From the NCBI GenBank assembly GCA_965213705.1, contig OZ243913.1, forward strand, positions 448,001 to 512,000: a stretch of 64,000 nucleotides of DNA. Direction: 5' to 3'. The position numbers and the translations under genes are program-made. Position 1 is the first letter of the stretch; each line of letters opens with the position of its first letter. Of the stretch, positions 1 to 10,357 are shown in pieces. The notes beneath the pieces are model-generated. The model was not told where the DNA came from. It searched no databases and saw only the letters and a list, made by a program, of their open reading frames with translations. The DNA comes from Trueperaceae bacterium. GTDB lineage: Bacteria; Deinococcota; Deinococci; Deinococcales; Trueperaceae.

Positions 1-726
1 GCGGTAAAGCTCGCGGTAGCTGCCCACCTGGGCAATCTTGCCCACGTCCATCAGCGCGACGACGTCGGCCAGCAGCAACGCTTCGGTTTGGTCGTGCGTG
101 ACGTACAAGGTGGTAATTCGAAACTCGCTCAAGAGGCGTTTTAAGTTGACGCGGTACTTGTCGCGCAGGTTGGGGTCTAAGTTGCTGAAGGGCTCGTCGA
201 GCAAAAACAGCGCCGGGTTTCGGGTGATGCAGCGCGCCAGGGCGACGCGCTGTTGCTCACCGGGCGACAACCCCTTGGGTTTGCGCCCCAACAGGTGAGC
301 GATGTCGACGCCCATGAGGTCGCTCGTGCGCTGGTAGATGCGCCGCGCCTGTTCGTCTTTGGGCGTCTTGCCGCGAAAAAAGAAATAGGCCAGGATGTTC
401 TTCTCGACCGTGAAGTTCGGGTAGAGCGCGAACGTTTGAAACACCATGCCGACGCGTCTGTCCCGAGCCGGCAACCGCGTGACGTCCTCGCCGCCCACAA
501 AGACCTGCCCGCCGTCCGGCCGCACGAGGCCCGCGACGATTTTTAACAGGGTACTTTTGCCGCAGCCGCTCGGGCCGAGCAGGACGGTCGTGCGGCCGGA
601 CGGCAGCGTCAGGTTGACGGGACCGAGGCCGAACGACGCCGACTCGGTGCTGGGCGGCCGTTTGGGGGTGCGTTCGCCGCGCGCGGCGAACCTTTTTTCT
701 ATGTTTGAGAGCGTGACCGTCGCCAT
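1..726 (-). CDS. MalK-like ABC transporter ATP-binding protein (runs off the window's left edge)
   Basis: Manual translation from ATG at 726: MATVTLSNIEK...GPSGCGKST (Walker A), VFQTFALYP, LSPGEQQRVALAR (signature variant), FLLDEPFSNLD (Walker B), YVTHDQ (H-loop). Not in the ORF track because there is no stop inside the window. Confidence 0.9.
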   Translation of the reverse strand, partial: MATVTLSNIEKRFAARGERTPKRPPSTESASFGLGPVNLTLPSGRTTVLLGPSGCGKSTLLKIVAGLVRPDGGQVFVGGEDVTRLPARDRRVGMVFQTFALYPNFTVEKNILAYFFFRGKTPKDEQARRIYQRTSDLMGVDIAHLLGRKPKGLSPGEQQRVALARCITRNPALFLLDEPFSNLDPNLRDKYRVNLKRLLSEFRITTLYVTHDQTEALLLADVVALMDVGKIAQVGSYRELYR

Positions 727-842
727 TTGAAAAGCTTATACCGGGGGGGCGTGCGCGACGGTTCGGCACCTGCTTTTCGCGCTCGGGTCCAGCCTCCGGC
801 ACACCGCAAAGCGTGCCGGCAAGACCGTCGCTCCAAGCAGGT

Positions 843-1811
843 TTAAGAGGCGACCGGCGAAGCCGCCGCTTCCGCGCTCAACGGGTGAGGGGTCGTCCGG
901 GCGTCGGCGTACATGCGGCGGTCCGCCTCAACGACGACGGCGTCCACGTCGACGACGCCGTCGGTCTTGTAAAGCCCTATCCGGGCCTCGACCACCAGGA
1001 AACCGCTTTTCGTGGTGACGGGTTCTTCGAAAACTCGGCGCAGTCTGGTCTCTAAGTCGGGGGCCGCGCTCGCCGCGATAAACTCGTCGCCGCCGTACCG
1101 AAACAAGACGTCGCCCTGACGGAGCGTGCGTTGGAGGCGCTTGGCCGTAATCGCCAAAACCTCGTCGCCCACCGCGTGGCCGTAGCGGTCGTTCACAGCC
1201 TTGAAGTTGCGCAGGTCGATAAAAGCGAGGGTCAAACCGTCGCGCCCGCCCGCCTGCGCGAGTTCTTCCAAACCGGCCCGGCGCGTTAAAACGCCGGTCA
1301 GGCCGTCGGTACGGTGGTTGCGCCGCTCGAGCACCACCGACAGCGAGACCGCGCTGGCGACCACGACGCTGAGGGTCTGCACTACCGCGTAGGCGAGCGG
1401 CTGACTCGTTTCGCCCGCGTGGGCCATGAGCACCAGCCAAGCGGTGAGGCCGTAAAAAGGCAGAAGAGTGGGTTGGCCCTTGCGCAAGTTGGCGACGGTC
1501 GTCCCGATGAGCCAAACAGGCACCAGGGCTTCGAAAGCCGGAGCGTGCGAGGGCAAATGGACGAGGCCGACGAGGGCGGGCAGGTCGCCCAAGGTGAGTA
1601 AAAAGTCACTCGCCTGTTCGCTGCGCGAGCGCAAACCAAAAGACAAGCCATAAAGTGTGACCGCCGAGACACCGATGAAGCCCGCAAAAAACGCAAAGCT
1701 GTGAGAGAAAAAAAGCGTAACAGCAACGATGACGAGCACACGTAAACCGACGCGGAAAAGGTAGCGGCGGTTCGCTTCACGGCGGATGGAGCTGGCGACG
1801 ACGTTGTTCAC
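843..1811 (-). CDS. Membrane-anchored diguanylate cyclase (GGDEF)
   Basis: Hydrophobic N-terminal half; DGLTGVLTR, FIDLRNFKAVNDRYGHAVGDEVL, RYGGDEF motifs. Confidence 0.9.
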   Translation of the reverse strand: MNNVVASSIRREANRRYLFRVGLRVLVIVAVTLFFSHSFAFFAGFIGVSAVTLYGLSFGLRSRSEQASDFLLTLGDLPALVGLVHLPSHAPAFEALVPVWLIGTTVANLRKGQPTLLPFYGLTAWLVLMAHAGETSQPLAYAVVQTLSVVVASAVSLSVVLERRNHRTDGLTGVLTRRAGLEELAQAGGRDGLTLAFIDLRNFKAVNDRYGHAVGDEVLAITAKRLQRTLRQGDVLFRYGGDEFIAASAAPDLETRLRRVFEEPVTTKSGFLVVEARIGLYKTDGVVDVDAVVVEADRRMYADARTTPHPLSAEAAASPVAS

Positions 1812-2051
1812 GCCACAAGTGTACGATGTTCAACAAAATTCACGAGCTAAAATTGTAACTCAGGCTTTATAAGCGAAAAATAAACAGAAGCCGCGCTTGC
1901 CAGTTCGTCCTAAAACTACCCGAAGTAGAACGTGCGGTTCTACCGTCACGGGCTTCAAAAAGGCAAAAAACCTCTTCCGACCCTGTTCAGCGCGTTGCTG
2001 CGCACGAACGCCGCTGCCTACACATGCCGCTGCGCACAGACACCGCATAAA

Positions 2052-3248
2052 TCATGGAGCGGGCGAAGGTTCAGTGCGTTGCAGCGTTTCCCGCACGCCG
2101 AAGGCGAACGTGGCTGCGGCCGCAGCCCCAACCCCCGCCATCACCACTGCCGCCAGTGACAAACTCAGCACGTCGGCCACCGCCCCGACAATCAGGGGGG
2201 CTCCGGTCGCGCCTCCGTCGCCGATGAGCCGCCACACGCCCAAAAATTCACCCAGCGCGTCCCGCGGCGCGAGGTCCGCGCCGAGCGTCATCATCGTGCC
2301 GGACCCCAAACCGTTGCCGAAGCCGATGAGCGAAGCGGCCAGCAACAGCGGGACGAAACCGGTCGTCACGGGAATGAGCAGCACGCCTACCGCCTGGAGC
2401 GCAAAACAGGGTACGATGGCGAACTTGCGGCCCCAGCGGTCCATGATGACGCCCGCCGGATAAAACATCGCCATGTCGACGAACGACGACACGCTCAACA
2501 CGAGCCCGACCGCCTCGACACCCAAGCCGAGTACGTCCGCTCCGTAGAGCGGGATGAGAATGCGGCGGCTGGCGCGCACCATCTGCGCCAACAGTTGCGC
2601 CGTACCTGCGGCGGCCAGGACGCGCCGCTGCGCTTTCAAAACGTGCCACAGGTTGTGCGTGGGCCGCTCGAGCGCGGAAGTCTCGAGCGGTTCAGCCTTT
2701 TCGATAAACAACAGCGCGAGGACGACCGTTACTCCGGCCAGCACGCCGTAAAGCACAAACGTCGCCCCGAACCCGAACATGCCTGCAAGCACCCCGCCCA
2801 CCGCCGGACCTGCAAACGTGCCCAGACGGTTCGTGCCGCCGAACAGCGCGATGGTGCGGCCGCGCTGGGCGCTGACCGTGGCCTCGGCCAAGTAGGCGTG
2901 CCGGGACAGGTTCCACAGCGCCCCGCCGACCCCGGCCAACAAGCGGTAGCCCAGCACCTCTGCAAGCGTGCTCGCCCACAGCAACGCCAGCACCGACACC
3001 CCGACGAGCGCGACGCCCAAGACCATCACCCACTTACGGTCCATGCGCCGCAGCAGACTTCCGGCGGGCACGTCGGCTAGTAAGGTGCCCAGGGCTTCAC
3101 CCGCCAGGACGAGCCCGATAAGGCTGTAGGCGTCGGTAAACGTGCCCGCGTAAAGAGGCAGGACGGGCAACAACAGCCCGTTGCAAAACGATAAAATGAG
3201 GGTCGGCAGGTAAACGGATAACAAAAGCTTGCTGAGGGTTTGGCGCAC
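2052..3248 (-). CDS. MFS transporter
   Basis: 398 aa, about 12 hydrophobic segments, MFS motif A-like GVIMDRWGRK. Confidence 0.85.
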   Translation of the reverse strand: MRQTLSKLLLSVYLPTLILSFCNGLLLPVLPLYAGTFTDAYSLIGLVLAGEALGTLLADVPAGSLLRRMDRKWVMVLGVALVGVSVLALLWASTLAEVLGYRLLAGVGGALWNLSRHAYLAEATVSAQRGRTIALFGGTNRLGTFAGPAVGGVLAGMFGFGATFVLYGVLAGVTVVLALLFIEKAEPLETSALERPTHNLWHVLKAQRRVLAAAGTAQLLAQMVRASRRILIPLYGADVLGLGVEAVGLVLSVSSFVDMAMFYPAGVIMDRWGRKFAIVPCFALQAVGVLLIPVTTGFVPLLLAASLIGFGNGLGSGTMMTLGADLAPRDALGEFLGVWRLIGDGGATGAPLIVGAVADVLSLSLAAVVMAGVGAAAAATFAFGVRETLQRTEPSPAP

Positions 3249-3328
3249 GGGGTCACTTTAACCTCAGTGAGGCTGAACGGAGCGGCTTAGAATCACCCAG
3301 AACGGTTGAGACGGTTGGGCTCGAGCCC

Positions 3329-4159
3329 CTACTTCAGCGCCCCCGAGGTGAGCCCCTTGACGATTTGCTTGCTCGCGAACAGGTACAGAACGAGCAGCGG
3401 CAGCGCTGTGATGGTCAGTCCCGCAAACAGCAGCGCCCAGTCGCTCTGGTGCTCACCGAAAAAGCTGAACAAGCCCAGTGGCAGCGTCTTGAAGCGTTCC
3501 GCCCGGATAAAGATGAGCGGAAAAAAGAAGTCGTTCCACCACGGGATGAAGTTGAAAATTGCCACGGTAGCGAGCGCCGGGCGCACCAGCGGCAGCATGA
3601 TTTGCCAGTAGATGCGAAACTCGCCCGCGCCGTCCAAACGGGCGGCCTCTTCCAGCTCTTTGGGTAAAGTCTCGAAAAAGTTGGCGAGGACGAAGATGGT
3701 AAAGGGCAGCCCACTCGCCGCGTAGACCAAAATGAGGGACCAGGGCGTGTTGAGCAGCCCTAAGTTTTTCATCAGAAAAAAGAGCGGCAAAATCCCCAAG
3801 CGAATCGGCAACATCAGTCCGGCCAAAAAGTAGATCATGAGCCACTGTTTGCCCCGGAAGCTGTAGCGCCCGAGCGGGTACGCGGCGAGGCTGCCCAAAA
3901 CGAGGACGAGCAGCAGCGACAGCCCCGTCACGAACACGCTGTTGCCGAAGTAGGTCGAAAAGTTGCCGCGGCCCCAAGCTTCGGTGTAGTTGTGAAAACT
4001 CCAGCTTTCGGGCAGGGCGAAAGGGCTGCGGAAAATCTCCCTCGTGCTCTTGAACGACGACAGCACCATTAAAAAAATCGGATAGAGGACGGTCAGGCCG
4101 TAAGCGACGAGCATCGTGTAGATAAGTGTTCCTTTGGTCAGGTTGAGTGCCTTAGTCAC
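3329..4159 (-). CDS. Carbohydrate ABC transporter permease (MalG-like)
   Basis: EAA loop ELEEAARLDGA; WNDFFFPLIF. Confidence 0.92.
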   Translation of the reverse strand: MTKALNLTKGTLIYTMLVAYGLTVLYPIFLMVLSSFKSTREIFRSPFALPESWSFHNYTEAWGRGNFSTYFGNSVFVTGLSLLLVLVLGSLAAYPLGRYSFRGKQWLMIYFLAGLMLPIRLGILPLFFLMKNLGLLNTPWSLILVYAASGLPFTIFVLANFFETLPKELEEAARLDGAGEFRIYWQIMLPLVRPALATVAIFNFIPWWNDFFFPLIFIRAERFKTLPLGLFSFFGEHQSDWALLFAGLTITALPLLVLYLFASKQIVKGLTSGALK

Positions 4160-4177
4160 TCAGTTCACGCGCCTTTC

Positions 4178-4268
4178 TGGAAAGTGGGGAGTGGGGAGTG
4201 GGGTAGTAGGGGCGAAAAGGCTTTTGACCTCACTTTTTACTTTCCACTCGGTACTCGGTACTTTCCCC
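4178..4268. repeat. Heptamer-repeat hairpin (GGGGAGT x3 / ACTCGGT x2)
   Basis: Purine-rich tandem arm followed by a pyrimidine-rich arm, between two permease genes. Confidence 0.7.
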
Positions 4269-4277
4269 GCACCACAA

Positions 4278-5222
4278 TCAGTCATACGTCACCTCGCCGC
4301 GCCGGACGATTCGCAAAAAAATGACCGAGACGAGCGCGATAAAGCCGAACATCGTGACAGCCAGCGTCGAGCCCATGCTGACGGCCTCTTGCCCGGTGCC
4401 GAAGGCGGTGCGGTAGAAAAACGTGCCGAGCACGTCGGTCGCGCCGCCGGGCGAGCCGTCCGAGCCGGCCATCACAAAGATGAGTTCGAAGGCGTTGAAG
4501 TTGCCGATGAAGGTCAGCACCGTGACGATGACGAGCGAGGGCCGGAGCAGCGGGAACTGGATATGCCGGAAAGTTTGCCAGGAACTCGCGCCGTCCAAGC
4601 GAGCAGCCTCCAAGTAACTCTCGGGAATGCTGCCCAAGTTCGCCAGAAAGAGCATCATTGGAAAGCCCAGCCAGGCCCAGGCGTTCACCGCGACGATTGT
4701 GGGCAGCGCGGTCGTCGGCGTGCCCAGCCAGGGCTGCGCCAGCACGCCGAGCCCGAGCGCCTTGAGCCCCTTGTTCAGCGGGCCGAACAGCGGGTTTAAG
4801 ATAAGGTTCCACAAAAAACCGATGAGCACCGTGGCGAGCAGGTGCGGCATGAAAAACAAGTTTTGAAAAAAGCGGCTGAGATACTTGAGGTTGTACAGCA
4901 CGACCGCGAAAAAGAGCGCCACCGTGTTCTGCACGAGCATGGTCAGGCCGAAAAAGACGAGGTTGTGCCAGAACGCCCGCCACAAGTTGCTGCGCCAGGG
5001 TTCCTGGGTGAAGAGCTTGACGAAGTTGTCCAAGCCTGAAAACGCGCCGCGCTGCAAACCCCGCCACTCGAACAGGCTGTAACTCACCGCGTTCAGCAGC
5101 GGCCAGACGATGAACAGGCTGTAGAGGATGAAGGCGGGTAGCCAAAACGGGGCGAAGCGCCAAAAAGGGGAGAGCTTGAAGGCTCTCCCTTTACCGGTTG
5201 CGGTTCGACCTCGAGCAGCCAC
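4278..5222 (-). CDS. Carbohydrate ABC transporter permease (MalF-like)
   Basis: EAA loop YLEAARLDGAS; GLDNF motif. Confidence 0.92.
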   Translation of the reverse strand: MAARGRTATGKGRAFKLSPFWRFAPFWLPAFILYSLFIVWPLLNAVSYSLFEWRGLQRGAFSGLDNFVKLFTQEPWRSNLWRAFWHNLVFFGLTMLVQNTVALFFAVVLYNLKYLSRFFQNLFFMPHLLATVLIGFLWNLILNPLFGPLNKGLKALGLGVLAQPWLGTPTTALPTIVAVNAWAWLGFPMMLFLANLGSIPESYLEAARLDGASSWQTFRHIQFPLLRPSLVIVTVLTFIGNFNAFELIFVMAGSDGSPGGATDVLGTFFYRTAFGTGQEAVSMGSTLAVTMFGFIALVSVIFLRIVRRGEVTYD

Positions 5223-5240
5223 GATGTTAGGGCGTCAAGG

Positions 5241-6464
5241 TTAAGACGTGGGCGTAAACCAGGTCGCCATTTTGGTCTGCAGGTCGGCGGCGACCTCCTC
5301 GGGCGTCATGCTGTCTAAAAACAGCCTTTGGATGTCCTCGCCGATGACGGTTGTCCCCGACGGGTCGCCGTAGCGGAAATGAACGAGCAGCATGTAGGGC
5401 GTAGCGTTTTCTTTCCACATGCCGTCGATTTCGCTCAGCAACGGGTCGGTCGGCGTGACGCCCTCGACCGGCGAGAGGACAAGGAGTTTGTCGCTGTAGG
5501 CTTGTGCGTACTCTTTAGAGCCGAGCCAGTCGGCGAACTCGACGGCGGCGTCCTGGTCTTCGGCGCTGGTCGTCACGGCCCAAGCACCGTCGACAAACCA
5601 GGAGACCATTTTCTCGTCGCTACCCTTGGCCGGAACCGCAAAGACGCCCAACTCCAACTCCGGGTTTTGGGCGCGGAAGTAGGCCGCTTCCCAGGAGCCG
5701 CCCGGAAACATCGCGGCGAGTTCGTTGATAAAGAGGTTTTGGGTGTCGGTGTAGGACACCGCGGTCACGTCGGGCGGCATGAAGGGTTGCAGTTCTTTAA
5801 CTGCTGCCAAGCTCTCGACGAACGCGGGGTCGTCGAAGCTGCGGCTGCCGTTCAAAATCCCTTTGACGAAGTCGTTGCCGCCATAGCTGCCCGCGCCGAC
5901 GATGGAGTGAAAAATTGGCAGCATCCATGCGTCCTTGCCGGTAATCGCCAGCGGGATGTAGCCCGCCTCCAACAGCGTTTCGTTGATGGTGAGAAATTCG
6001 TCCCAGGTTTCGGGTTCGGACAAGCCCAACTCCTCGAAAATCGCCTTGTTGTAGTACATTTGCAGGGTTTGAATGGCGAACGGCACGCCGTAGACTTGGC
6101 CGTTTTCCTGGCTGCGCACCGCGTCGAGGGCGGTGGGGGAGAAGTTGCTCAAATCGACCTTGTCGTCCAGCGGCACGAGGTAGCCGCCGTCTATCCACGG
6201 CTTGACGCCGCCGTAAGAGCGGGTCATCACCACGTCGCCCGCCTCGCCCGCTTGCAGCGAGGTGGCGGTGAGGGTGTTGTATTCGGTGTTGAGAAACGCC
6301 TCGAAATTGATGTCGACGCCCTCGTGCTCGGCCTCGTAAGCGCTGAACAGTTCGTTGTAAGCGTCTACGTCCTCGGTGCGCCAGGACCAGGCGTCCAGGG
6401 TTTGGGCGAAGGCGGCGGAGAGCAGCAACACGGCAAACAAACTAGCGGCCAAACGTGATTTCAT
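5241..6464 (-). CDS. Sugar ABC transporter substrate-binding protein (family 1)
   Basis: Start MKSRLAASL at 6464 with GGAGG RBS; signal peptide; YGVPF, MYYNKAIF, PETWDEF motifs. Confidence 0.9.
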   Translation of the reverse strand: MKSRLAASLFAVLLLSAAFAQTLDAWSWRTEDVDAYNELFSAYEAEHEGVDINFEAFLNTEYNTLTATSLQAGEAGDVVMTRSYGGVKPWIDGGYLVPLDDKVDLSNFSPTALDAVRSQENGQVYGVPFAIQTLQMYYNKAIFEELGLSEPETWDEFLTINETLLEAGYIPLAITGKDAWMLPIFHSIVGAGSYGGNDFVKGILNGSRSFDDPAFVESLAAVKELQPFMPPDVTAVSYTDTQNLFINELAAMFPGGSWEAAYFRAQNPELELGVFAVPAKGSDEKMVSWFVDGAWAVTTSAEDQDAAVEFADWLGSKEYAQAYSDKLLVLSPVEGVTPTDPLLSEIDGMWKENATPYMLLVHFRYGDPSGTTVIGEDIQRLFLDSMTPEEVAADLQTKMATWFTPTS

Positions 6465-6486
6465 AGCAACCTCCCTTGATGGATAG

Positions 6487-6514
6487 AGCATACCAGTTGT
6501 AGACCATTTGTCAA
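6487..6514 (-). promoter_or_regulatory. Sigma70-type promoter (TTGACA-N16-TATGCT) with a TGGT(C/A)T direct-repeat operator in the spacer
   Basis: Minus strand TTGACA AATGGTCTACAACTGG TATGCT, about 20 nt upstream of the SBP start; same spacer motif as at 13210-13238. Confidence 0.7.
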
Positions 6515-6519
6515 CCGGG

Positions 6520-8037
6520 TTACTTTCTCGGTTTGAGAGAAACGGGTGGCGTTCCGCTCGTTGCGGTTCCGGCCAACACTTCGGCGACCGCCCGTAGCGA
6601 CTTAGGACCAAACCCGAAACTTACTACCGCCGGGCCGGGCAAGTCCTCGACGTGGTACGGGTTCCAGAGGGCGACATGAATGAAGTTTTCGGCGGCGCGC
6701 GCGACCTCGAGCCCCCACCCCACTTCCGCTTTTTCCATTCGCGTCCTCGAGGTCGTCACGAAAACCGTGTTGTCGGTTTGTCCAATCTTGGCAAAAACGT
6801 CTTCCTTTTCAAGCCGTTCCCGGTCGTAAAACGCGCGTGTGACTGAAAAGCCTTTGCGCTCGAGTTCGGCCGCAAACGCTCCGGCGGGCGTGTCAACCTT
6901 GTCGCTGGCCGCGCCGCCCACCGCACTGTCGGGGGCGACGAGGGTGAGGCTCGAGCCTTTGGGAAGGGGCTTGAAACCGCCGAGCACCGTCACGGCGCGC
7001 TTTGCGGCGTCTTGCAACATAACTTCGTCACCATCGCGCCAAGCCCCATCGGGGTCGGGTCTCGCAGGGAAACGTCGGGCGAGGTTTTGTAAGCGCTCGA
7101 GTGAAGTTTCAACTTCGTCCGGGTCCAAACGACCTTCGGCAAGCGCCGCGTCGATGCCCTTCAAGATAGCTTCGTGCGTCGAAACAGGCCCGGTATGCAC
7201 GTCGTAGAGCGGCATGTCAATCCCCGCCCGGAGCGCCCGCACCACCGACTCGGCGGGGCTGTGGCGGGCGGCGATGGCCTGCATCTCGAGGGCGTCGGTA
7301 AAGGTCACGCCGTCGAAGCCCAGTTCACCGCGGAGCAGGTCGGTGACGATGTGCCTTGACAGGGTCGCCGGAAGCTCAGGGTCGAGGGCTCTGACAGTGC
7401 CGTGGTAACTCATTACGGCAGCCACGCCCGCTTGAATCGCGGCTTTGAAGGGAACAAGCTCAACGGCGTGCAACCTCTCCAAACTCACGCCCAGAGTGGG
7501 CAGCGCCAGGTGTGAATCCACGCTCGTGTCGCCGTGGCCGGGAAAGTGCTTCACCGTCGCCGCGACGCCCTCGCTTTGCAGCCCCTCCACAAAGGCGACA
7601 ACGTGTTTGGCGACGGGCTCGGGCACGCTACCGAACGACCGCTCGCCGATGACCGGGTTGAGCGGGTTGTTGTTCACGTCGGCGACAGGCGCGAAGTTGA
7701 CGTTGATGCCCATTGCACGGAGGCCTCGAGCCGTAGCCGCGGCAACCTCACGGGTCAAGTCGGCGTCGTCCGCCGCGCCCAACGCCATCGTGCCGGGTGG
7801 GTAGGGCACGTCCCGCGCGCGCACCACCCCGCCGCCTTCCTGGTCGGTGGCGATGAGCAGGTCCGCGCCGAGAAGCGAACGCAACTCGGCGGTAAGGTCG
7901 GCGGCTTGATGGCGGTCAACGAAGTTACGACTAAACAAGCACACGCCGCCAATTCGATAATCCTTGAAAAAAGCCCGCTCGTCGGGGGAGAGCGTCGGGC
8001 CGGATAAGTCGAGCATCAGTAGGCGGTGGGGGGGCAT
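6520..8037 (-). CDS. nagZ: GH3 beta-N-acetylhexosaminidase (NagZ-like)
   Basis: DQEGG, KHFPGHGDTSVDSH (NagZ signature) and TDALEM nucleophile motif; start MPPHRLL at 8037. Confidence 0.85.
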   Translation of the reverse strand: MPPHRLLMLDLSGPTLSPDERAFFKDYRIGGVCLFSRNFVDRHQAADLTAELRSLLGADLLIATDQEGGGVVRARDVPYPPGTMALGAADDADLTREVAAATARGLRAMGINVNFAPVADVNNNPLNPVIGERSFGSVPEPVAKHVVAFVEGLQSEGVAATVKHFPGHGDTSVDSHLALPTLGVSLERLHAVELVPFKAAIQAGVAAVMSYHGTVRALDPELPATLSRHIVTDLLRGELGFDGVTFTDALEMQAIAARHSPAESVVRALRAGIDMPLYDVHTGPVSTHEAILKGIDAALAEGRLDPDEVETSLERLQNLARRFPARPDPDGAWRDGDEVMLQDAAKRAVTVLGGFKPLPKGSSLTLVAPDSAVGGAASDKVDTPAGAFAAELERKGFSVTRAFYDRERLEKEDVFAKIGQTDNTVFVTTSRTRMEKAEVGWGLEVARAAENFIHVALWNPYHVEDLPGPAVVSFGFGPKSLRAVAEVLAGTATSGTPPVSLKPRK

Positions 8038-8321
8038 AGCGTTCCTTCCATAACCAAGTTTTATCGACCTGCAAGTCGTTTGGCTGAACAAGCTGTCAGC
8101 GGCTCGAGTCATAGGTGGAAACGGTCGTCGGACCGCGCTCCTTTTTGCAATCATAACTCATGAAGTTTTCATGCTCATTCGTGTATTTTGAAGTCACAGG
8201 GGAGTAGCCGCCCACACCCAACAACGGGCGTGCGTTGTCGTCAGCACAGGGGTCAAAGACCTCTCGGTAGCGCACACACAAGGCGAGACCTGGAGCGCCG
8301 TCGGCGCCGCAAAGGTCTTTT

Positions 8322-9230
8322 ATGTCTGTCGTGTTGGTTGCTGTGGGCGTCGGTCTTTTGTATTTGGGTGGGGAACTGCTGGTCAGGTTCGCTTCTAGTC
8401 TCGCGTTGCGCTTTCGGCTCAGCCCTCTGGTCGTCGGTTTGACGGTGGTGGCGTTCGGCACGAGCGCGCCCGAACTCGCCGCGACCTTGACGGCAGCTTT
8501 GAATGGCTCTTTTGCCATCGCCGCGGGCAACGTCGTCGGCTCCAACATCGCCAACTTGGGCCTTATCCTGGGTCTGTGTGCTGTGCTGGTGCCCATAAGC
8601 GTCACCAAGGCTGTGCTGAGGCGCGAACTGCCCATCATGTTGCTGGCGAGCGCGCTGCCGGTGCTGTGGTTTACGGACGGCGTGATGAGCCGTACCGAAG
8701 GGGGCGTCACCTTTACGCTGCTGCTTGCCTATCTCGTCTGGGCGCTGCGCCGTCCTAGCGAAGAAGCTGAGGTACCGACCCGGAACGAGCCGCTGTGGCT
8801 CACGCTTTTGGGGATTTTGGGCGGCTTGGTCTTGCTCGTTTTAGGCGCTCAGGTTTTGGTGGAGGGAGCCACGACGCTGGCTCGAGCCTTCGGGGTGCCC
8901 GAACGCGTTATCGGCCTTACGCTCGTGGCCGTGGGCACGAGCCTGCCCGAGCTGGCGAGTTCGCTCGTCGCGGTGGCAAAGCGCCAAACCGACATAGTGC
9001 TCGGCAACCTTATCGGCTCGAACATCTTCAACGTTCTCGGAATCTTGGGTTTGTCGAGTCTCGTTGTTCCTTTTGAACTACCCTTCGTCTCGCTCAGCCT
9101 CGACCTGTACATCATGCTGGCTTTTGGCTTTGTTACCTTAGTTTTCTTGTCAACGCGCAAAAAGCTCGTGCGCTGGGAAGGGTTGGCGCTGGTCACGGCT
9201 TACGGTGTTTACGTCGGCTGGCTGTTTTGA
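8322..9230 (+). CDS. Ca2+/Na+ antiporter (YrbG/CaCA family)
   Basis: Two alpha-repeats: GTSAPE...GNVVGSNIAN and GTSLPE...GNLIGSNIFN. Confidence 0.92.
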   Translation: MSVVLVAVGVGLLYLGGELLVRFASSLALRFRLSPLVVGLTVVAFGTSAPELAATLTAALNGSFAIAAGNVVGSNIANLGLILGLCAVLVPISVTKAVLRRELPIMLLASALPVLWFTDGVMSRTEGGVTFTLLLAYLVWALRRPSEEAEVPTRNEPLWLTLLGILGGLVLLVLGAQVLVEGATTLARAFGVPERVIGLTLVAVGTSLPELASSLVAVAKRQTDIVLGNLIGSNIFNVLGILGLSSLVVPFELPFVSLSLDLYIMLAFGFVTLVFLSTRKKLVRWEGLALVTAYGVYVGWLF

Positions 9231-9236
9231 CGGGTC

Positions 9237-10352
9237 TCACCTCATCTGCGTGTCCGCCGCGTCGCGCAACGCGTCGCCCGCGAAGTTAAAGGCGAGCACC
9301 GCGATGATAATCATCACGCCCGGCGCGAGCAGCCAGGGGTAGAGACTGAGCGTTTGAAAGTTTTGCGCGTCTTTTAAGAGCAGGCCCCAAGAGGTCATCG
9401 GCTCCTTGACGCCCAAACCCAAAAACGACAGCGCGCTTTCGCCGAGGACGTAACCCGGCAGCGCCAGCGTCGCGGCCACGACGAGGTACGAGGTCAGGTT
9501 TGGCAGCAGGTGGCGCAGGATAATTCGGAGGTCGCCGCTGCCGAGGGCTCGAGCGGCCTGCACGTAGTCGGCTTCCCGCGCCGACAAAACCTGCCCCCGC
9601 ACGACCCGCGCCAAACCCGCCCAGCCGATGAGCGCCAGCACCGCGACGATGCCGACGTACACGTAGGTCGAGGGCCAGTTTTGCGGGATGATGGTGGCGA
9701 GCGCCAGCAGAATCGGCAGCCGCGGGAACGACAGCAACACCTCGATAAGCCGCTGGATGACCGAGTCGACAAAGCCGCCGTAGTAACCGCTGACCCCGCC
9801 GACGACGATGCCGATGCTGAACGAAATGAGAATCCCCACGATGCCCACCGTCAGCGACACCTGCGAGCCCACCAGCATCCGACTCAGCAGGTCGCGCCCG
9901 AACTTGTCGGTGCCGAGCGGGAAGTAAACGCCGTCCGCCACGCCGAACAGGTGCCAGTCGGTGGGAACGAAGCCGAACAGCTTGTAGGGTTCACCGCGAA
10001 TGAAAAAGCGCAGCGGCTTCGGTTGAGACTCGTCTTCGGTGTAGGCGAGCTGAAACGTCACCGGGTCGCGCTCGCGGGCCAGGGCGTAGACGAACGGCCG
10101 CACGGGCACGCCGTCGCGCACAAAGTGAAGACTTTGCGGCGGTAGGTAAGGATAGTCGACGTGCTGGACGGTGATGCTGTACGGCGACAAAAAACCCGCG
10201 AACAGCGCGACGAGGTAGAGGACAACGAGGACGACGCCCCCGGTCATGCCGACCTTGGAGCGCCGAAACCGCCGCCACGCCAGGCGCAGCGGCCCGGCGG
10301 AGGATTTGACTCGAGAAGCCGCCGGGCCTCCTGAAACGACAGCCTCAGCCAT
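9237..10352 (-). CDS. Opp/Dpp-family ABC permease (OppC-like)
   Basis: LGTDKFGRDLLSR, YVQAARALG, ESALSFLGLG motifs. Confidence 0.92.
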   Translation of the reverse strand: MAEAVVSGGPAASRVKSSAGPLRLAWRRFRRSKVGMTGGVVLVVLYLVALFAGFLSPYSITVQHVDYPYLPPQSLHFVRDGVPVRPFVYALARERDPVTFQLAYTEDESQPKPLRFFIRGEPYKLFGFVPTDWHLFGVADGVYFPLGTDKFGRDLLSRMLVGSQVSLTVGIVGILISFSIGIVVGGVSGYYGGFVDSVIQRLIEVLLSFPRLPILLALATIIPQNWPSTYVYVGIVAVLALIGWAGLARVVRGQVLSAREADYVQAARALGSGDLRIILRHLLPNLTSYLVVAATLALPGYVLGESALSFLGLGVKEPMTSWGLLLKDAQNFQTLSLYPWLLAPGVMIIIAVLAFNFAGDALRDAADTQMR

Positions 10353-10357
10353 GTTTA

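Noticed and set aside
5328..6458. Long antisense ORFs (e.g. 376 aa here, 356 aa at 22863, 347 aa at 58085)
   Set aside because: Mirror frames of well-supported genes in GC-rich DNA, with no motifs or RBS.
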